Source: a bacterium
GTDB taxonomy: Bacteria > Bacteroidota > Ignavibacteria > Kapaibacteriales > Kapaibacteriaceae
Length of the DNA stretch: 64,000 nucleotides
Reading direction: 5' to 3'
Assembly (NCBI GenBank): GCA_036834845.1
Contig: DAITNB010000007.1
Location: 28,248 to 92,247 of the forward strand
The position numbers and the translations under genes were made by a program. Numbering within the stretch: position 1 is the first letter of the stretch; the number at the start of each line of letters is the position of its first letter. Under the pieces are notes generated by a model. The model did not search any database. It had not been told where the DNA came from and saw only the letters and a program-made list of their open reading frames with translations. Positions 54,665 through 64,000 of this stretch are shown here, in pieces.

Positions 54665-55711
54665 ATGAAGCGCAGATCTTTCATCCAAGCCCTTAGCGCG
54701 TTACCTGCTCTTGCAGGTGCCGTTCCCGCGTTGGCAGCATCGGATAATCCAGATGCGCTTACTCGTGCTCTGGATGTGGTGCGGCCGAAGGGGCTCCAAA
54801 CGGGATCTACGGTGGGTATCGTTTGTCCTGCCAGTGCAGCAAGTGCTACCGACGTTCAAGACTTCGTTTCCCTCTGCCAGAGATGGGGCGTGAAAGTGAA
54901 GCTCGGCAGAAACATCTCACGTCGGTCTGGGTACTTATCTGCCCCAGACGCAGATCGCGCCGCCGAACTAATGGGTTTTATCGAAGATCCGGCGATCGAC
55001 GCGGTTGTTTGTGCCCGCGGCGGATATGGGGTGATGCGGATCCTTCCGATGCTGGATTTTTCGGCGATACGCCATAGCAACAAGATTATCATGGGCTTTA
55101 GCGACATAACTGCCCTCCTGATAGCCGTTCAGCAACTGAGTGGCATCGTTACCTACCACGGTCCTGTGGCAAGCTCTACGTTCGACGAGTTTACAGTGGA
55201 CTCACTCAAACGTACCGTTGCGTCCGACGATAATCGGTCCGTGCAGTTTAAAGACGCCCGTCTGACCACGCTTCGACCCGGCCTGGCACAAGGCCGCCTT
55301 ACGGGTGGCAACCTCGCCATGATTGTAAGTACACTGGGCACGAAATACGAAATCGACACCACGAATGCGATCCTATTTCTCGAGGAAGTAAACGAAGAGC
55401 CGTATCGCATTGACCGGATGTTAACCCAGCTATGGTTGGCCGGTAAGCTTCAGAGCTGCAAAGCCGTGGCACTTGGAAACTTCCGCGATTGCCAGGCACG
55501 AGGCACGTCTATTACCGGGCCATCCTATACGCTGGAACAAGTACTCGAGCAACGAATTGGGTCCTTAGGGGTTCCTGCAGTGTACGGTCTCCCTATAGGG
55601 CACGTACGAAGCAAACTCACCATGCCCCTTGGCATAACAGCAGAATTAGACGCCACAAATAAGCAGCTACGGTTTTTGGAACCGTGTGTGGCCGAGAGGA
55701 AATCACCATGA
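54665..55711 (+). CDS. S66-family LD-carboxypeptidase (LdcA-like) with Tat-like signal peptide
   Basis: MKRRSFIQALSALPALAGAVPALAAS leader; S66 motifs GFSDITAL and a C-terminal YGLPIGH. Confidence 0.85.
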   Translation: MKRRSFIQALSALPALAGAVPALAASDNPDALTRALDVVRPKGLQTGSTVGIVCPASAASATDVQDFVSLCQRWGVKVKLGRNISRRSGYLSAPDADRAAELMGFIEDPAIDAVVCARGGYGVMRILPMLDFSAIRHSNKIIMGFSDITALLIAVQQLSGIVTYHGPVASSTFDEFTVDSLKRTVASDDNRSVQFKDARLTTLRPGLAQGRLTGGNLAMIVSTLGTKYEIDTTNAILFLEEVNEEPYRIDRMLTQLWLAGKLQSCKAVALGNFRDCQARGTSITGPSYTLEQVLEQRIGSLGVPAVYGLPIGHVRSKLTMPLGITAELDATNKQLRFLEPCVAERKSP

Positions 55712-58700
55712 AACGCAACACTACCCCACGTTCTATGATGTACATGCACCATCGCATTGCCGCTTTGGCACTCACGCTTGTATTGGCCGGGCTGTCTTCC
55801 ACGCTGTTCGGACAATCGTTAACCATTTACGGCATAAACTCATCGGCGTTTCCGAAGATAACCGCCGATTATGTGGCCCTCGACCCCGCCGGTCAGCCAA
55901 TAACAAACCTTACGGCAGCCGACTTTTCGATTGTTGAAACACCACAGGGGGGTACACCGAATGATCTTACGGCAACACTTACTCACGGCTGTATAGATCA
56001 AAACAAGGATCCCGAAGCCAGCATTATCATTGTCCTAGATCGATCGCAGTCCATGAGCGACAACGTTAATGGAAAAGAGCGCTGGGAGTATGCCAAAGAC
56101 GCTGTTCGGGCCTTCGTAAATCGGATAAAGTTTGTTGGAGAAACACGAGTGGCATTGGTGTCTTTCGCCGGATCCTACCAAGTGATTAATGACTGGGTAG
56201 ACAATCCGCAGCCCATTCTTGATTCCTTAAAAAACTTGAAGTGGCAGACGGTAACCAACTACACCTTACCTTTTGAAACGCCGGGCTGGAATATTTACGA
56301 GATGTTCAAGCGCAGGCCAGCGAATGTTCCCAAGTACACATTTTTCCTTACGGACGGACACCCCAATCCACCCATCGCGGACGAGCAGAAATTTGTGAGT
56401 GAGAATACGCAGAAGTTGCTGGCACAAGGAATACGGTTTTTCAGTGTAACCATTTATGAGAAGTACACGCACTGGACGCTCGACGCCCTTGCAAAAGCCA
56501 CTGGCGGCAAGTCGGTTGTAACTGATGAAAAAGGTATTGCCGACCTATTCTCATTGTTGGCGCTGGAAACACAAACAACAAAGTCGTGTCAAATATCCTG
56601 GACCGCCCCCTATTCGTGCACAGAGCAAGGTCAGAGCCGATCGGCAACAATTACTCTTAAGCGAGGGGGCAACCCGCGTGTAACACAGAGTTACCTAGCG
56701 CCACCTACCAGTGTGGCACGGGTTGATGTAAGCGATCCCGTGCTGTTTTGTGGAGATCCGGCACCAAATCAGTCGCAGTTTGCCAATGTTACGATTACGG
56801 CCGTTAATGCAATGTTTATGTGCACGGCTAATAGCATTGTTCCAAACACCTATTTCCGGGTAACGGACTGGAACTTTCCGAACAACCAAACGAATTTCGC
56901 CCCATTTAACCTAGCGCCGGGTGCAAAGAGAGTTATTCGAATTCAGTTCACGCAAGGTTCCAACCAGGCGTTTCGTCAGGCAGCGTTTTCGCTAACAGGC
57001 GCTCCGTGTCCGCCGAACATTACCCTTGTTGGTGGAACAGGGCTGATTCTGCTCCAGTCTCCATTAGGGGGCGAGCTGTATTCCACGTGCGACACCGTAA
57101 CCATTAAGTGGGCAGGCGTGCTTCCATCACAGGCCGTGTCTATCGACTACTCTACTGACGGCGGCTCATCCTGGAACAACATTACAAGCACAGCCACTGG
57201 ACTTTCCTTTAAGTGGCTGCCTCCACAGGCGGGAGTGAATTATCGCATCCGTGTTGGCGTGTCCCCTGCCCCGCAATACGTTTGGGCGCAGCGCCTTGGT
57301 GGAACCGGCGCAGAGACCGCTACGTCTGTTGCCGTGCAGCCGAATGGAGCAAAAGTGTTTGTAACAGGTGCATTTGATGGTCCAACTCGCATAGGATCTG
57401 CAACGTCCACAAACACCGCCGGAAACATCGATGGATATCTGGCCGAGCTCGACACAGATGGCAATATCGTGAACACGGCCTTGCTCACGGGCCTTTCTGC
57501 CAGCGATGAAGAGCGTGTAATTGGTTGTGTTACAGACCGCCAGGGTAATTATTATGTGGCCGGCTTTGTTACCAGCAACTCGGCCCAGTTCGGACCTTAC
57601 ACGGTTACAGGATTTGGAGGACTCGACACCCGCAACATGTTTGTGTTCAAGTTCAACGCGAATGGCACTATGGCCTGGCAGGCCGTTACGAAGGGATCGG
57701 CAACACAAAGTAGCTGGGCCAATGCCACAGACATTGGCATTCGCTATGACGGTGCAGGAAACCCCGAACTCATTGTTGCCGGACAATTTGAGCGCTATAT
57801 AGAAGCAGGCCTAAACTCTGGCGGAACTATTGAGCGCTCGGGTCCTTACACAAACAACACCCGCCGAAACTACTATATCGTTTACGATGTAAGCGGTTTC
57901 CCGAGACTCACGGCCAATGCCACACCACCAACCGCAGGTGTTACGTACAAAGCTTTACGCGCTACGGACAATTTGGGCTTCGTATACGAAACAGATTCTT
58001 ACTCAGGATCTAAGTCCTTCTCCCCGCCTTCCATTACGCTTCCAAACTTGGGTCAAACAGATGTGTTTGTTTCTAAGAATGGCGCTACACCAGCTTCTGC
58101 AGATGCAAGCAAGAGCAACTTCTCTGTTCAAGCGCCGCAGCTCACATCAAACCCTAAAACTGTCACGTTCCCGCCCACAGCACAAGGTCAGTCCACCCCA
58201 CGGTCTATCCCGGGCGCTCTGAAGAACACAGGATCTTTCCCTGTAACCATTCAGGCCATCAATATTGTTGGTGCAAATGCTGCCGACTTCAGTGTAACGA
58301 ACCAAAACATTGGTACTCGGCTGAATCCCGGGGACTCTCTTTCATTGGAAGTGATTTTCAAGCCAACAGGTACGGGGGCACGTTCGGCGCTGCTTGAGGC
58401 CATTGGTTCGTGCAACGCTACGGCGCAAATCATTCTGGAAGGGCAGGGCTTAGCACCGTGTTTATGGGATAACGAAACGAACATCCAACTCGGCAAACAA
58501 CCGCTGGGACAGCCAAAACAGCAAACCGTTACCTGTGTATTAAAAAACACTGGTCCACTCCCGCTCAATGGCACCATGACGGTTTCTTCGCCAGATGTTT
58601 CCGGTGATGTGACGGTTCGAAATGCCGGACCATTCAGCTTGGCACCAGGTGCGTGTTTGGATGTAAACCTCGACATCAAGGCGGCAACACCGGGTATGAA

Positions 58701-60432
58701 AACCATTGGTTTGGCTTTCGGTTTGCCGGTTGACTGTGGAGCGCCCGCAACATCCATCACCATCGAAATTGTGCAACCGAGAGTTACCATTGACAGTGTA
58801 GACTTTGGCAGAGTTCGTTTGCTCACACCAAAGAACGACGTAGTAACAGTTGCCAACCTCAACGCAGACCCAGCAACTATTACAGGGTTCTCCCTGTCTG
58901 CACCCGACGCCAACTTCTCCATAACACTGCCTGCTCCGCAGGTGATGCCTCCCGGCGGAACCATTTCGATTCCTGTAACCTACACGCCACAAAGCCGTGG
59001 CGCACATTCGGTAAACATTGTCGCCACCGTGCAGGGTCAGTCCGAGCCACTTATTGGCGAAGTAAAGGGATTTGGCTTCCAGCCGGTTGTAGAGGCCACC
59101 GGGTACACCTTCAATCCTTGGACAGTAAGCGCAACATCTCCCGAAACCGGAAAGGTTGTGGTTCGCAACACCGATTCTGAGAGCCCACTCTACGTAGAGT
59201 CTGTAGACTTTGCCGCAGCTACGGCGTCCTTCGCATGGGGTGCACCACTGCCTACCCTTCCAGCAACAATTCCTCCAGGAGGAATACTGGAGTTCCCGGT
59301 TTCCTTCACACCGGAAATTGTGGGCAACAACACCATTCAGGTTTGTGTTGTGCACGATGGCAAGCCGGGTCCAGGACCAGTACCACCGTATGCGTCCACG
59401 TGTGTTACCGTTAGTGGTGTTGGCATCGATCAGTCCGACCTGCCCCCTGTAGTTTTCCCTCGCACGCTAACGTGTAGTTCGCGGCAGCAGACTGTGGTAG
59501 TTACCAATCCAAGCAGTCAGTACACAATGAATGTTCAGGCCCCAACGATTACGGGTGACGCTGCAATGTTCACGTCTAGCCGAACAGCGGCGTTTGTTAT
59601 ACCGCCGGGCGGAAGCGAGAACATCGTCTTCACGTTCGATCCTTCTGCGGTAGGTAACTTCTCTGCAACGTACGACTATGGAAACGATCAGGCACAGAAG
59701 CTCCGCATAACCCTAAGCGGTGAAGGTATCGTAACGCCTGTTTCCTTTAGGTTCACTAACGTTGTTACGGGTCAGCCGGGTCAGATTGTTGCCGCACCCG
59801 TGAGTGTGTCGTATAACACTGCGGAGTTTGCAGACGCCCAACCGGCCGACTTTACTCTTACAATTACCCACGACCCCGCAGCTGTGCGTTTCAATTCGTT
59901 CTCTGCTCCTCAGATGGCAGGATGGACGTTTACACCAACGCTCCTGAACAATGGCGTTTCTATTCTTGCTCAATCAAATGGATCGCCTCTCCTTCAGGGG
60001 GCGTTCATGGCGCCAGCATTCGACATCTACTTAAATGCAGACACATCACTGCCTATTTCCCTCGCCGTGTCCACATCGCTTTCCTGCCTAGTGCCAAGCG
60101 GAGACAACAGTGCAATTGGAATGAAACAGGTGTGTTTCACAACGGGACGGTTAGTGAAGTTTGGATCGCAAAACGCGGCACTCCAACAACCACGAAACAA
60201 TCCGGTGTCAGACAAATTGTCCGTAGAATATTCTACCGGTATGACTCTTTCCACAACCTTCCAAATAGTAGATGCTCTTGGAAATGTTGTGCATCAATCT
60301 CGCACGCCTGTGAACCCCAGTGGCATTTATGAGTTTGAACTCGATGTTGCGCATCTCCACAGTGGCTCGTACTTCTTGCGCATGATCAGTGGTCCGTTCA
60401 TTGGCTCCACGTCGTTCATGGTTGTACGCTAG
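55708..60432 (+). CDS. giant surface protein (1574 aa): vWA(MIDAS) + SBBP-like beta-propeller repeats + Ig-like repeats + cohesin-like module + T9SS CTD
   Basis: The ATG overlaps the ldcA-like stop (ATGA) and is preceded by GAGAGGA. Signal peptide. VLDRSQSMSD / FFLTDGHPNP vWA motifs. Repeats such as LKNTGSFPVTIQAINIVGANAADFSV. The C-terminus ends in ...SGSYFLRMISGPFIGSTSFMVVR. Confidence 0.9.
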   Translation: MKRNTTPRSMMYMHHRIAALALTLVLAGLSSTLFGQSLTIYGINSSAFPKITADYVALDPAGQPITNLTAADFSIVETPQGGTPNDLTATLTHGCIDQNKDPEASIIIVLDRSQSMSDNVNGKERWEYAKDAVRAFVNRIKFVGETRVALVSFAGSYQVINDWVDNPQPILDSLKNLKWQTVTNYTLPFETPGWNIYEMFKRRPANVPKYTFFLTDGHPNPPIADEQKFVSENTQKLLAQGIRFFSVTIYEKYTHWTLDALAKATGGKSVVTDEKGIADLFSLLALETQTTKSCQISWTAPYSCTEQGQSRSATITLKRGGNPRVTQSYLAPPTSVARVDVSDPVLFCGDPAPNQSQFANVTITAVNAMFMCTANSIVPNTYFRVTDWNFPNNQTNFAPFNLAPGAKRVIRIQFTQGSNQAFRQAAFSLTGAPCPPNITLVGGTGLILLQSPLGGELYSTCDTVTIKWAGVLPSQAVSIDYSTDGGSSWNNITSTATGLSFKWLPPQAGVNYRIRVGVSPAPQYVWAQRLGGTGAETATSVAVQPNGAKVFVTGAFDGPTRIGSATSTNTAGNIDGYLAELDTDGNIVNTALLTGLSASDEERVIGCVTDRQGNYYVAGFVTSNSAQFGPYTVTGFGGLDTRNMFVFKFNANGTMAWQAVTKGSATQSSWANATDIGIRYDGAGNPELIVAGQFERYIEAGLNSGGTIERSGPYTNNTRRNYYIVYDVSGFPRLTANATPPTAGVTYKALRATDNLGFVYETDSYSGSKSFSPPSITLPNLGQTDVFVSKNGATPASADASKSNFSVQAPQLTSNPKTVTFPPTAQGQSTPRSIPGALKNTGSFPVTIQAINIVGANAADFSVTNQNIGTRLNPGDSLSLEVIFKPTGTGARSALLEAIGSCNATAQIILEGQGLAPCLWDNETNIQLGKQPLGQPKQQTVTCVLKNTGPLPLNGTMTVSSPDVSGDVTVRNAGPFSLAPGACLDVNLDIKAATPGMKTIGLAFGLPVDCGAPATSITIEIVQPRVTIDSVDFGRVRLLTPKNDVVTVANLNADPATITGFSLSAPDANFSITLPAPQVMPPGGTISIPVTYTPQSRGAHSVNIVATVQGQSEPLIGEVKGFGFQPVVEATGYTFNPWTVSATSPETGKVVVRNTDSESPLYVESVDFAAATASFAWGAPLPTLPATIPPGGILEFPVSFTPEIVGNNTIQVCVVHDGKPGPGPVPPYASTCVTVSGVGIDQSDLPPVVFPRTLTCSSRQQTVVVTNPSSQYTMNVQAPTITGDAAMFTSSRTAAFVIPPGGSENIVFTFDPSAVGNFSATYDYGNDQAQKLRITLSGEGIVTPVSFRFTNVVTGQPGQIVAAPVSVSYNTAEFADAQPADFTLTITHDPAAVRFNSFSAPQMAGWTFTPTLLNNGVSILAQSNGSPLLQGAFMAPAFDIYLNADTSLPISLAVSTSLSCLVPSGDNSAIGMKQVCFTTGRLVKFGSQNAALQQPRNNPVSDKLSVEYSTGMTLSTTFQIVDALGNVVHQSRTPVNPSGIYEFELDVAHLHSGSYFLRMISGPFIGSTSFMVVR

Positions 60433-60465
60433 AGTTCGATCGTAAAATCTGCATGAACACACGTT

Positions 60466-60497
60466 GGGGCCATCCGAAACTCGGATGGCCCCTTTTG
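60466..60497 (+). terminator. rho-independent terminator between the two tandem vWA giant genes
   Basis: Perfect 12-bp stem GGGGCCATCCGA-AAC-TCGGATGGCCCC followed by TTTTG, 34 nt after the stop codon. Confidence 0.85.
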
Positions 60498-60537
60498 CCT
60501 TCGTAACTTCGTTCCATCATATGGATCTTTACCAAGA

Positions 60538-63500
60538 GTGACAAGAGCAGCCCATATCATCGCGTTCATCATGGCGTTTGTACTACAAACGATGGGCGTT
60601 GTTTCGCAGGAATTCTCACTCTTTAATGTTGTAACGGATTCATTTCCAACAATAACGGCCAACTATTTCGCCATCGACGAAGCCGGTGTTCCCATAGATA
60701 ATCTGGCCGCACGCGATTTTCGTGTTACAGAAACAACGCTGGACGGTAGAGTATCAGACCTGTCGGCTACCGTTACCCATAGCTGCGTTACCAATTCTTC
60801 TTCGAGTTCGGTTTCCGTGGTACTCATCGTTGATGAGTCGAACTCGATGGACAACATTCTACCTTCCGGCAAACGCCGACTGGACTATGTAAAAGAGGCC
60901 TTGCGCGCCTTTGTAGAAAAGCTACCGTGGAACGGCGAAACAGCCGTAAGCATCATCGGTTTTTCGGGTCGGTCCAGGCTGCTTTGTGACTGGCAAACCA
61001 CACCCGGACCCGTGCTTGCAGCCATTGGCCGTCTTACACCACAAACTGCAACCAACTACGAAGTATCGTTCTTTGGTACTCCGAATGTATTCGACCAAAT
61101 GTCGCTCCGAACTCCATCCATCCCAAAGGTGGCATTTTTTCTTACGGACGGCGCTCCCAACCCCGACATAGCACGACGAGCTGATTTTGAAAGAAACGTT
61201 GTTGCCGCAATGCGTGCTCAGGGCATACGCTTGTACTCGGCAACACTCATGATCAATCGCACCGACCCCTCGATTGCCTTTATCTGTAAGGCAACCGGCG
61301 GACGCAGTTTGATTGCTTCTGAAGAGACCCTCGTAGACCTTGCCGGTGTATTGGCATTCGAGATGACCAGCCGAAAGGTGTGCAAGATTAGCTGGATATC
61401 CCCCATGGTATGCTCGCATGGATTGCGCGACCGATTAGCCACCGTGCAGTTGCGGCGCGGGCGAAATCCCGATAACAAAATCTCGTACACCACTCCCGAC
61501 TCATCCGTCTTTTCTATTCGTTCCGAACCGCCCGCAGCCGTTTTTGGCGACGTGGCACCGGGTCTGTCTGCCACCATTGATGTTGTTATAACCGCTCAGA
61601 ACACAGACATAAGCGTTAACCAATCTACAATTACCACTCCGGCATTCTTTCAGCTTGTGAACTTCGTTCCCTTCACCCTCAAGCGTGGCCAGTCGAAGAT
61701 CATTTCCGTTCGGTTCACGCAGGGTGCCGATCGTTCTATTCGCCAGGGCACACTAACTCTTAACGGAACGCCTGCCTGCCTTCCGTCCGTAACGCTTGTT
61801 GGTGGGGGCGGTACCATTATCCTTACATCTCCAAATGGTGGCGAGGTGTTAAGCACGTGCGACACAACTACCGTGCGGTGGACCGGTGTTGGTGCCGATC
61901 AACTCGTGCGCCTCGAGTTTTCCTGTGATGGAACAACGTGGTCTACTATAGCCGATTCTGTGACGGGCACCTCGTACCCATGGCTCCCTGCAACTGGATG
62001 CCCTACCGGACGCGTGCGTGTTGTAACGGTTGCCGGCGAGCGGCTCCTCTGGGCACAACGATTAGGCGGCACAGGGAAAGAATCAGCAACCGGAGTTGCG
62101 GCCTCTCCCGATGGAAAACGAACATACGCCACCGGCACCTTCATCGGTCCAACCGTTATTGGAGCTACCGTTGCAAATTCGGTGCTGGGATCTTCAGACG
62201 GCTACCTGGTTGAATTCGACGAAGAAGGCACGTGGGTGAAAACAACCGTATTGCGCGGAGACGTAGGTGCAAATGAACGGCTCCATGCCGTGCGCGTGGA
62301 TGGACTTGGCAACGTCTATGTAGCGGGTACATCTACGAGCAGGAACATCACCTTCGGCAACGACCAATGGACCAAGGGTCCCATCGACGAGCAAGTTGGC
62401 GTGTTGTACAAATTGCGTCCAGACGGAAGCATCGTGTGGCGACACATCATCGGTGGCTCCGATCGGGATGGCGCCGACATCGACGTAGTGGCGCTTGATG
62501 TGCGCAAGAATGCCGACGGACAACCCGAGGTTGTTCTCTACGGCACCGTTGAGAACATTATCTCCATCCGTAGTGTAAGCGGAAGTGTGCTCGACGAACG
62601 AGACTTGCCGAATAACGGCCCATGGGGCTACAGCATTACCATTTCGCCCGATGGAAGTCCACGCATCTCTGTAAGCGCAGAAGGTATTCCCGGAAATCCT
62701 TCAGTCAATCCCCTTGTGGCAGACGACGAAGCCGGATATCGATACCGAACCGGCAGTTACGAGGGCAGATTCACGGTTCCATTGCAGCCCCCGGTTACCC
62801 TTGATAGTCGCGGACAATCCGACGTATGGGTGGCACGCACCTCCGTTGGCATTTCCACCAACGATGTATCCGATAGAACATTCCGTGTGCTACAGCCACT
62901 ACTCCTTACACAACTCCAGAAAATCACGTTCGACTCTACTGCAATTGGCAGGGCCGCAATGTTCTCTTCAGCAACGGCACTGCGAAACATCGGTACCGCA
63001 CCTGTTACTATCGATAGCGTGGTGATAAGCGGTGTTCATGCCACAGACTTTCGAATGGTAGACTCTCTCAGTGGTATGGTTGTAGACACAGCTAACGCAG
63101 TAAGTATGGAGGTGATGTTCACCCCGTCTGCCATCGGAACCCGTACTGCCCTACTCACCATTTACGGATCGTGCGACAATATCATATCCCTCCCACTTAC
63201 AGGTGAAGGCAGAGCTCCATGTCCGTGGGATCTTCGCGACTCCATCGACCTTGGCCGGCACATCGTGGCGTCTACCGTGGTGCGCACCATCAGCTGCGTG
63301 CTGCGCAGCGACAGACTTGCCCCCCTTCGCGGTGTTATCAGCATCAAAGGGTCGACCGACTTCCAAGTAACGCCCACCGGCGTGTTTACACTCCGGACCG
63401 GCGAGTGTTTAGATGTTCGCGTAACCTACACACCAAAAACTCCCGGAGCATCGATTGCGCAGATAACATTTAACCTGCCTACGGAATGTGGCATCGCCTT

Positions 63501-64000
63501 TACAACGCTTCTCGGCGAGGGACTTCTTCCGGAAGTAGGGATAACCGATCTCGATCTTGGCAATCACCGATTAGGCACAACCGCCTCCGACTCCGTTTAC
63601 CTGTCGAACAACGGCGAAGTAGATGTAACCGTTGAAGGTATGTTTCTGGCAGACACAGCAGGAACCGGCATTACGGCAAATCTTCCTGGTGTGCCGTTTA
63701 CGCTACCGAAGGGAAGCGTGCGCGCAATCCCAGTGTATTTCAACCCAACGGTTCGCGGTGCCGTTCATGCGCGCCTTACCGTAGACGTTAAAGGCGTGGA
63801 TACCGCCCTGGTCTCGAACATCAATGCTTACGGTTTTCAACCAACACTCGAGGCAAGGGGGTATTCGTTTGCGCCAGTTCTCGTGGGCACCTCAAGTACT
63901 GAGAATGGGTTTGTTCGCCTTTACAATCGCGATGCAGACTGGCCACTCCATGTAGATTCGGTGTTCCTTCGTTCTACGGCAGACTTCTCGCTTGTAAACA
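60538..64000 (+). CDS. giant surface protein, tandem paralogue of 55708-60432 (5' partial view; continues past the window end)
   Basis: Frame-1 reading frame, translated by eye and spot-checked, with no stop seen through to 64000. It is absent from the ORF track because it has no stop. Leader (V/M)TRAAHIIAFIMAFVLQTMGVVSQ. IVDESNSMDN / FFLTDGAPNP vWA motifs. It is co-linear with the upstream gene. The start is GTG 60538 or ATG 60571. Confidence 0.85.
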   Translation, partial: MTRAAHIIAFIMAFVLQTMGVVSQEFSLFNVVTDSFPTITANYFAIDEAGVPIDNLAARDFRVTETTLDGRVSDLSATVTHSCVTNSSSSSVSVVLIVDESNSMDNILPSGKRRLDYVKEALRAFVEKLPWNGETAVSIIGFSGRSRLLCDWQTTPGPVLAAIGRLTPQTATNYEVSFFGTPNVFDQMSLRTPSIPKVAFFLTDGAPNPDIARRADFERNVVAAMRAQGIRLYSATLMINRTDPSIAFICKATGGRSLIASEETLVDLAGVLAFEMTSRKVCKISWISPMVCSHGLRDRLATVQLRRGRNPDNKISYTTPDSSVFSIRSEPPAAVFGDVAPGLSATIDVVITAQNTDISVNQSTITTPAFFQLVNFVPFTLKRGQSKIISVRFTQGADRSIRQGTLTLNGTPACLPSVTLVGGGGTIILTSPNGGEVLSTCDTTTVRWTGVGADQLVRLEFSCDGTTWSTIADSVTGTSYPWLPATGCPTGRVRVVTVAGERLLWAQRLGGTGKESATGVAASPDGKRTYATGTFIGPTVIGATVANSVLGSSDGYLVEFDEEGTWVKTTVLRGDVGANERLHAVRVDGLGNVYVAGTSTSRNITFGNDQWTKGPIDEQVGVLYKLRPDGSIVWRHIIGGSDRDGADIDVVALDVRKNADGQPEVVLYGTVENIISIRSVSGSVLDERDLPNNGPWGYSITISPDGSPRISVSAEGIPGNPSVNPLVADDEAGYRYRTGSYEGRFTVPLQPPVTLDSRGQSDVWVARTSVGISTNDVSDRTFRVLQPLLLTQLQKITFDSTAIGRAAMFSSATALRNIGTAPVTIDSVVISGVHATDFRMVDSLSGMVVDTANAVSMEVMFTPSAIGTRTALLTIYGSCDNIISLPLTGEGRAPCPWDLRDSIDLGRHIVASTVVRTISCVLRSDRLAPLRGVISIKGSTDFQVTPTGVFTLRTGECLDVRVTYTPKTPGASIAQITFNLPTECGIAFTTLLGEGLLPEVGITDLDLGNHRLGTTASDSVYLSNNGEVDVTVEGMFLADTAGTGITANLPGVPFTLPKGSVRAIPVYFNPTVRGAVHARLTVDVKGVDTALVSNINAYGFQPTLEARGYSFAPVLVGTSSTENGFVRLYNRDADWPLHVDSVFLRSTADFSLVN

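Noticed and set aside
57166-59355. Minus-strand ORFs of 206, 237 and 271 aa inside the first vWA giant gene
   Set aside because: They are antisense to a frame validated by its co-linear tandem paralogue. They are typical shadow ORFs.
1-64000. CRISPR arrays, tandem DNA repeats, IS elements and rRNA genes
   Set aside because: Intergenic space is minimal; the largest gaps are about 100-190 nt. None of the gaps shows repeat-spacer periodicity, terminal inverted repeats or rRNA-like sequence. The repetitiveness seen is at the protein-domain level inside the giant genes, not at the DNA level.

Overview
This is a tightly packed chromosomal segment, with almost no non-coding DNA, from a bacterium that uses a type IX secretion system (T9SS). 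It looks FCB-group (Chlorobi/Ignavibacteria/Bacteroidota-like). All calls come from reading the ORF translations and the DNA by eye; no searches were run, so domain names are motif recognition from memory. I support about 46 protein genes, one tRNA-Ser(GGA) and three rho-independent-type hairpins. I saw no rRNA, CRISPR array, IS element or prophage. Housekeeping genes are present (ispE, glgA, rsmE, rsmA, xerD-like, waaA, hflX, recN, suhB-like, dapF, argS, rsfS, three crotonases, a sigma factor), and many are linked by 4-nt ATGA/GTGA start-stop overlaps. Interleaved with them is a large set of secreted or surface genes that end in T9SS-type C-terminal sorting domains (CTDs). (1) Three dispersed paralogues of giant proteins (927, 1500 and 1328 aa) share a roughly 550-aa N-terminal module resembling the IgGFc-binding-protein N-terminal domain, followed by Ig-like choice-of-anchor-D/ASH repeats. 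(2) A tandem pair of proteins over 1150 aa combines a vWA(MIDAS) domain, beta-propeller repeats and Ig-like repeats; the second copy runs off the window. (3) An Oar-like TonB-dependent receptor, a lipoprotein and an ExeM/NucH-like extracellular nuclease sit together and may form an extracellular-DNA scavenging locus. (4) A PQQ-type sugar dehydrogenase carries a T9SS CTD. The most system-like candidates are two. One is the 1328-aa paralogue with its own beta-barrel outer-membrane protein (11-nt spacer, closed by a UUCG-loop hairpin, preceded by an OstA/LptA-like gene). The other is the 1500-aa paralogue, which looks like a stand-alone, highly expressed unit (distinct codon usage, AGGAG ribosome-binding site (RBS), perfect terminator). 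No core T9SS machinery gene was recognised in the window.
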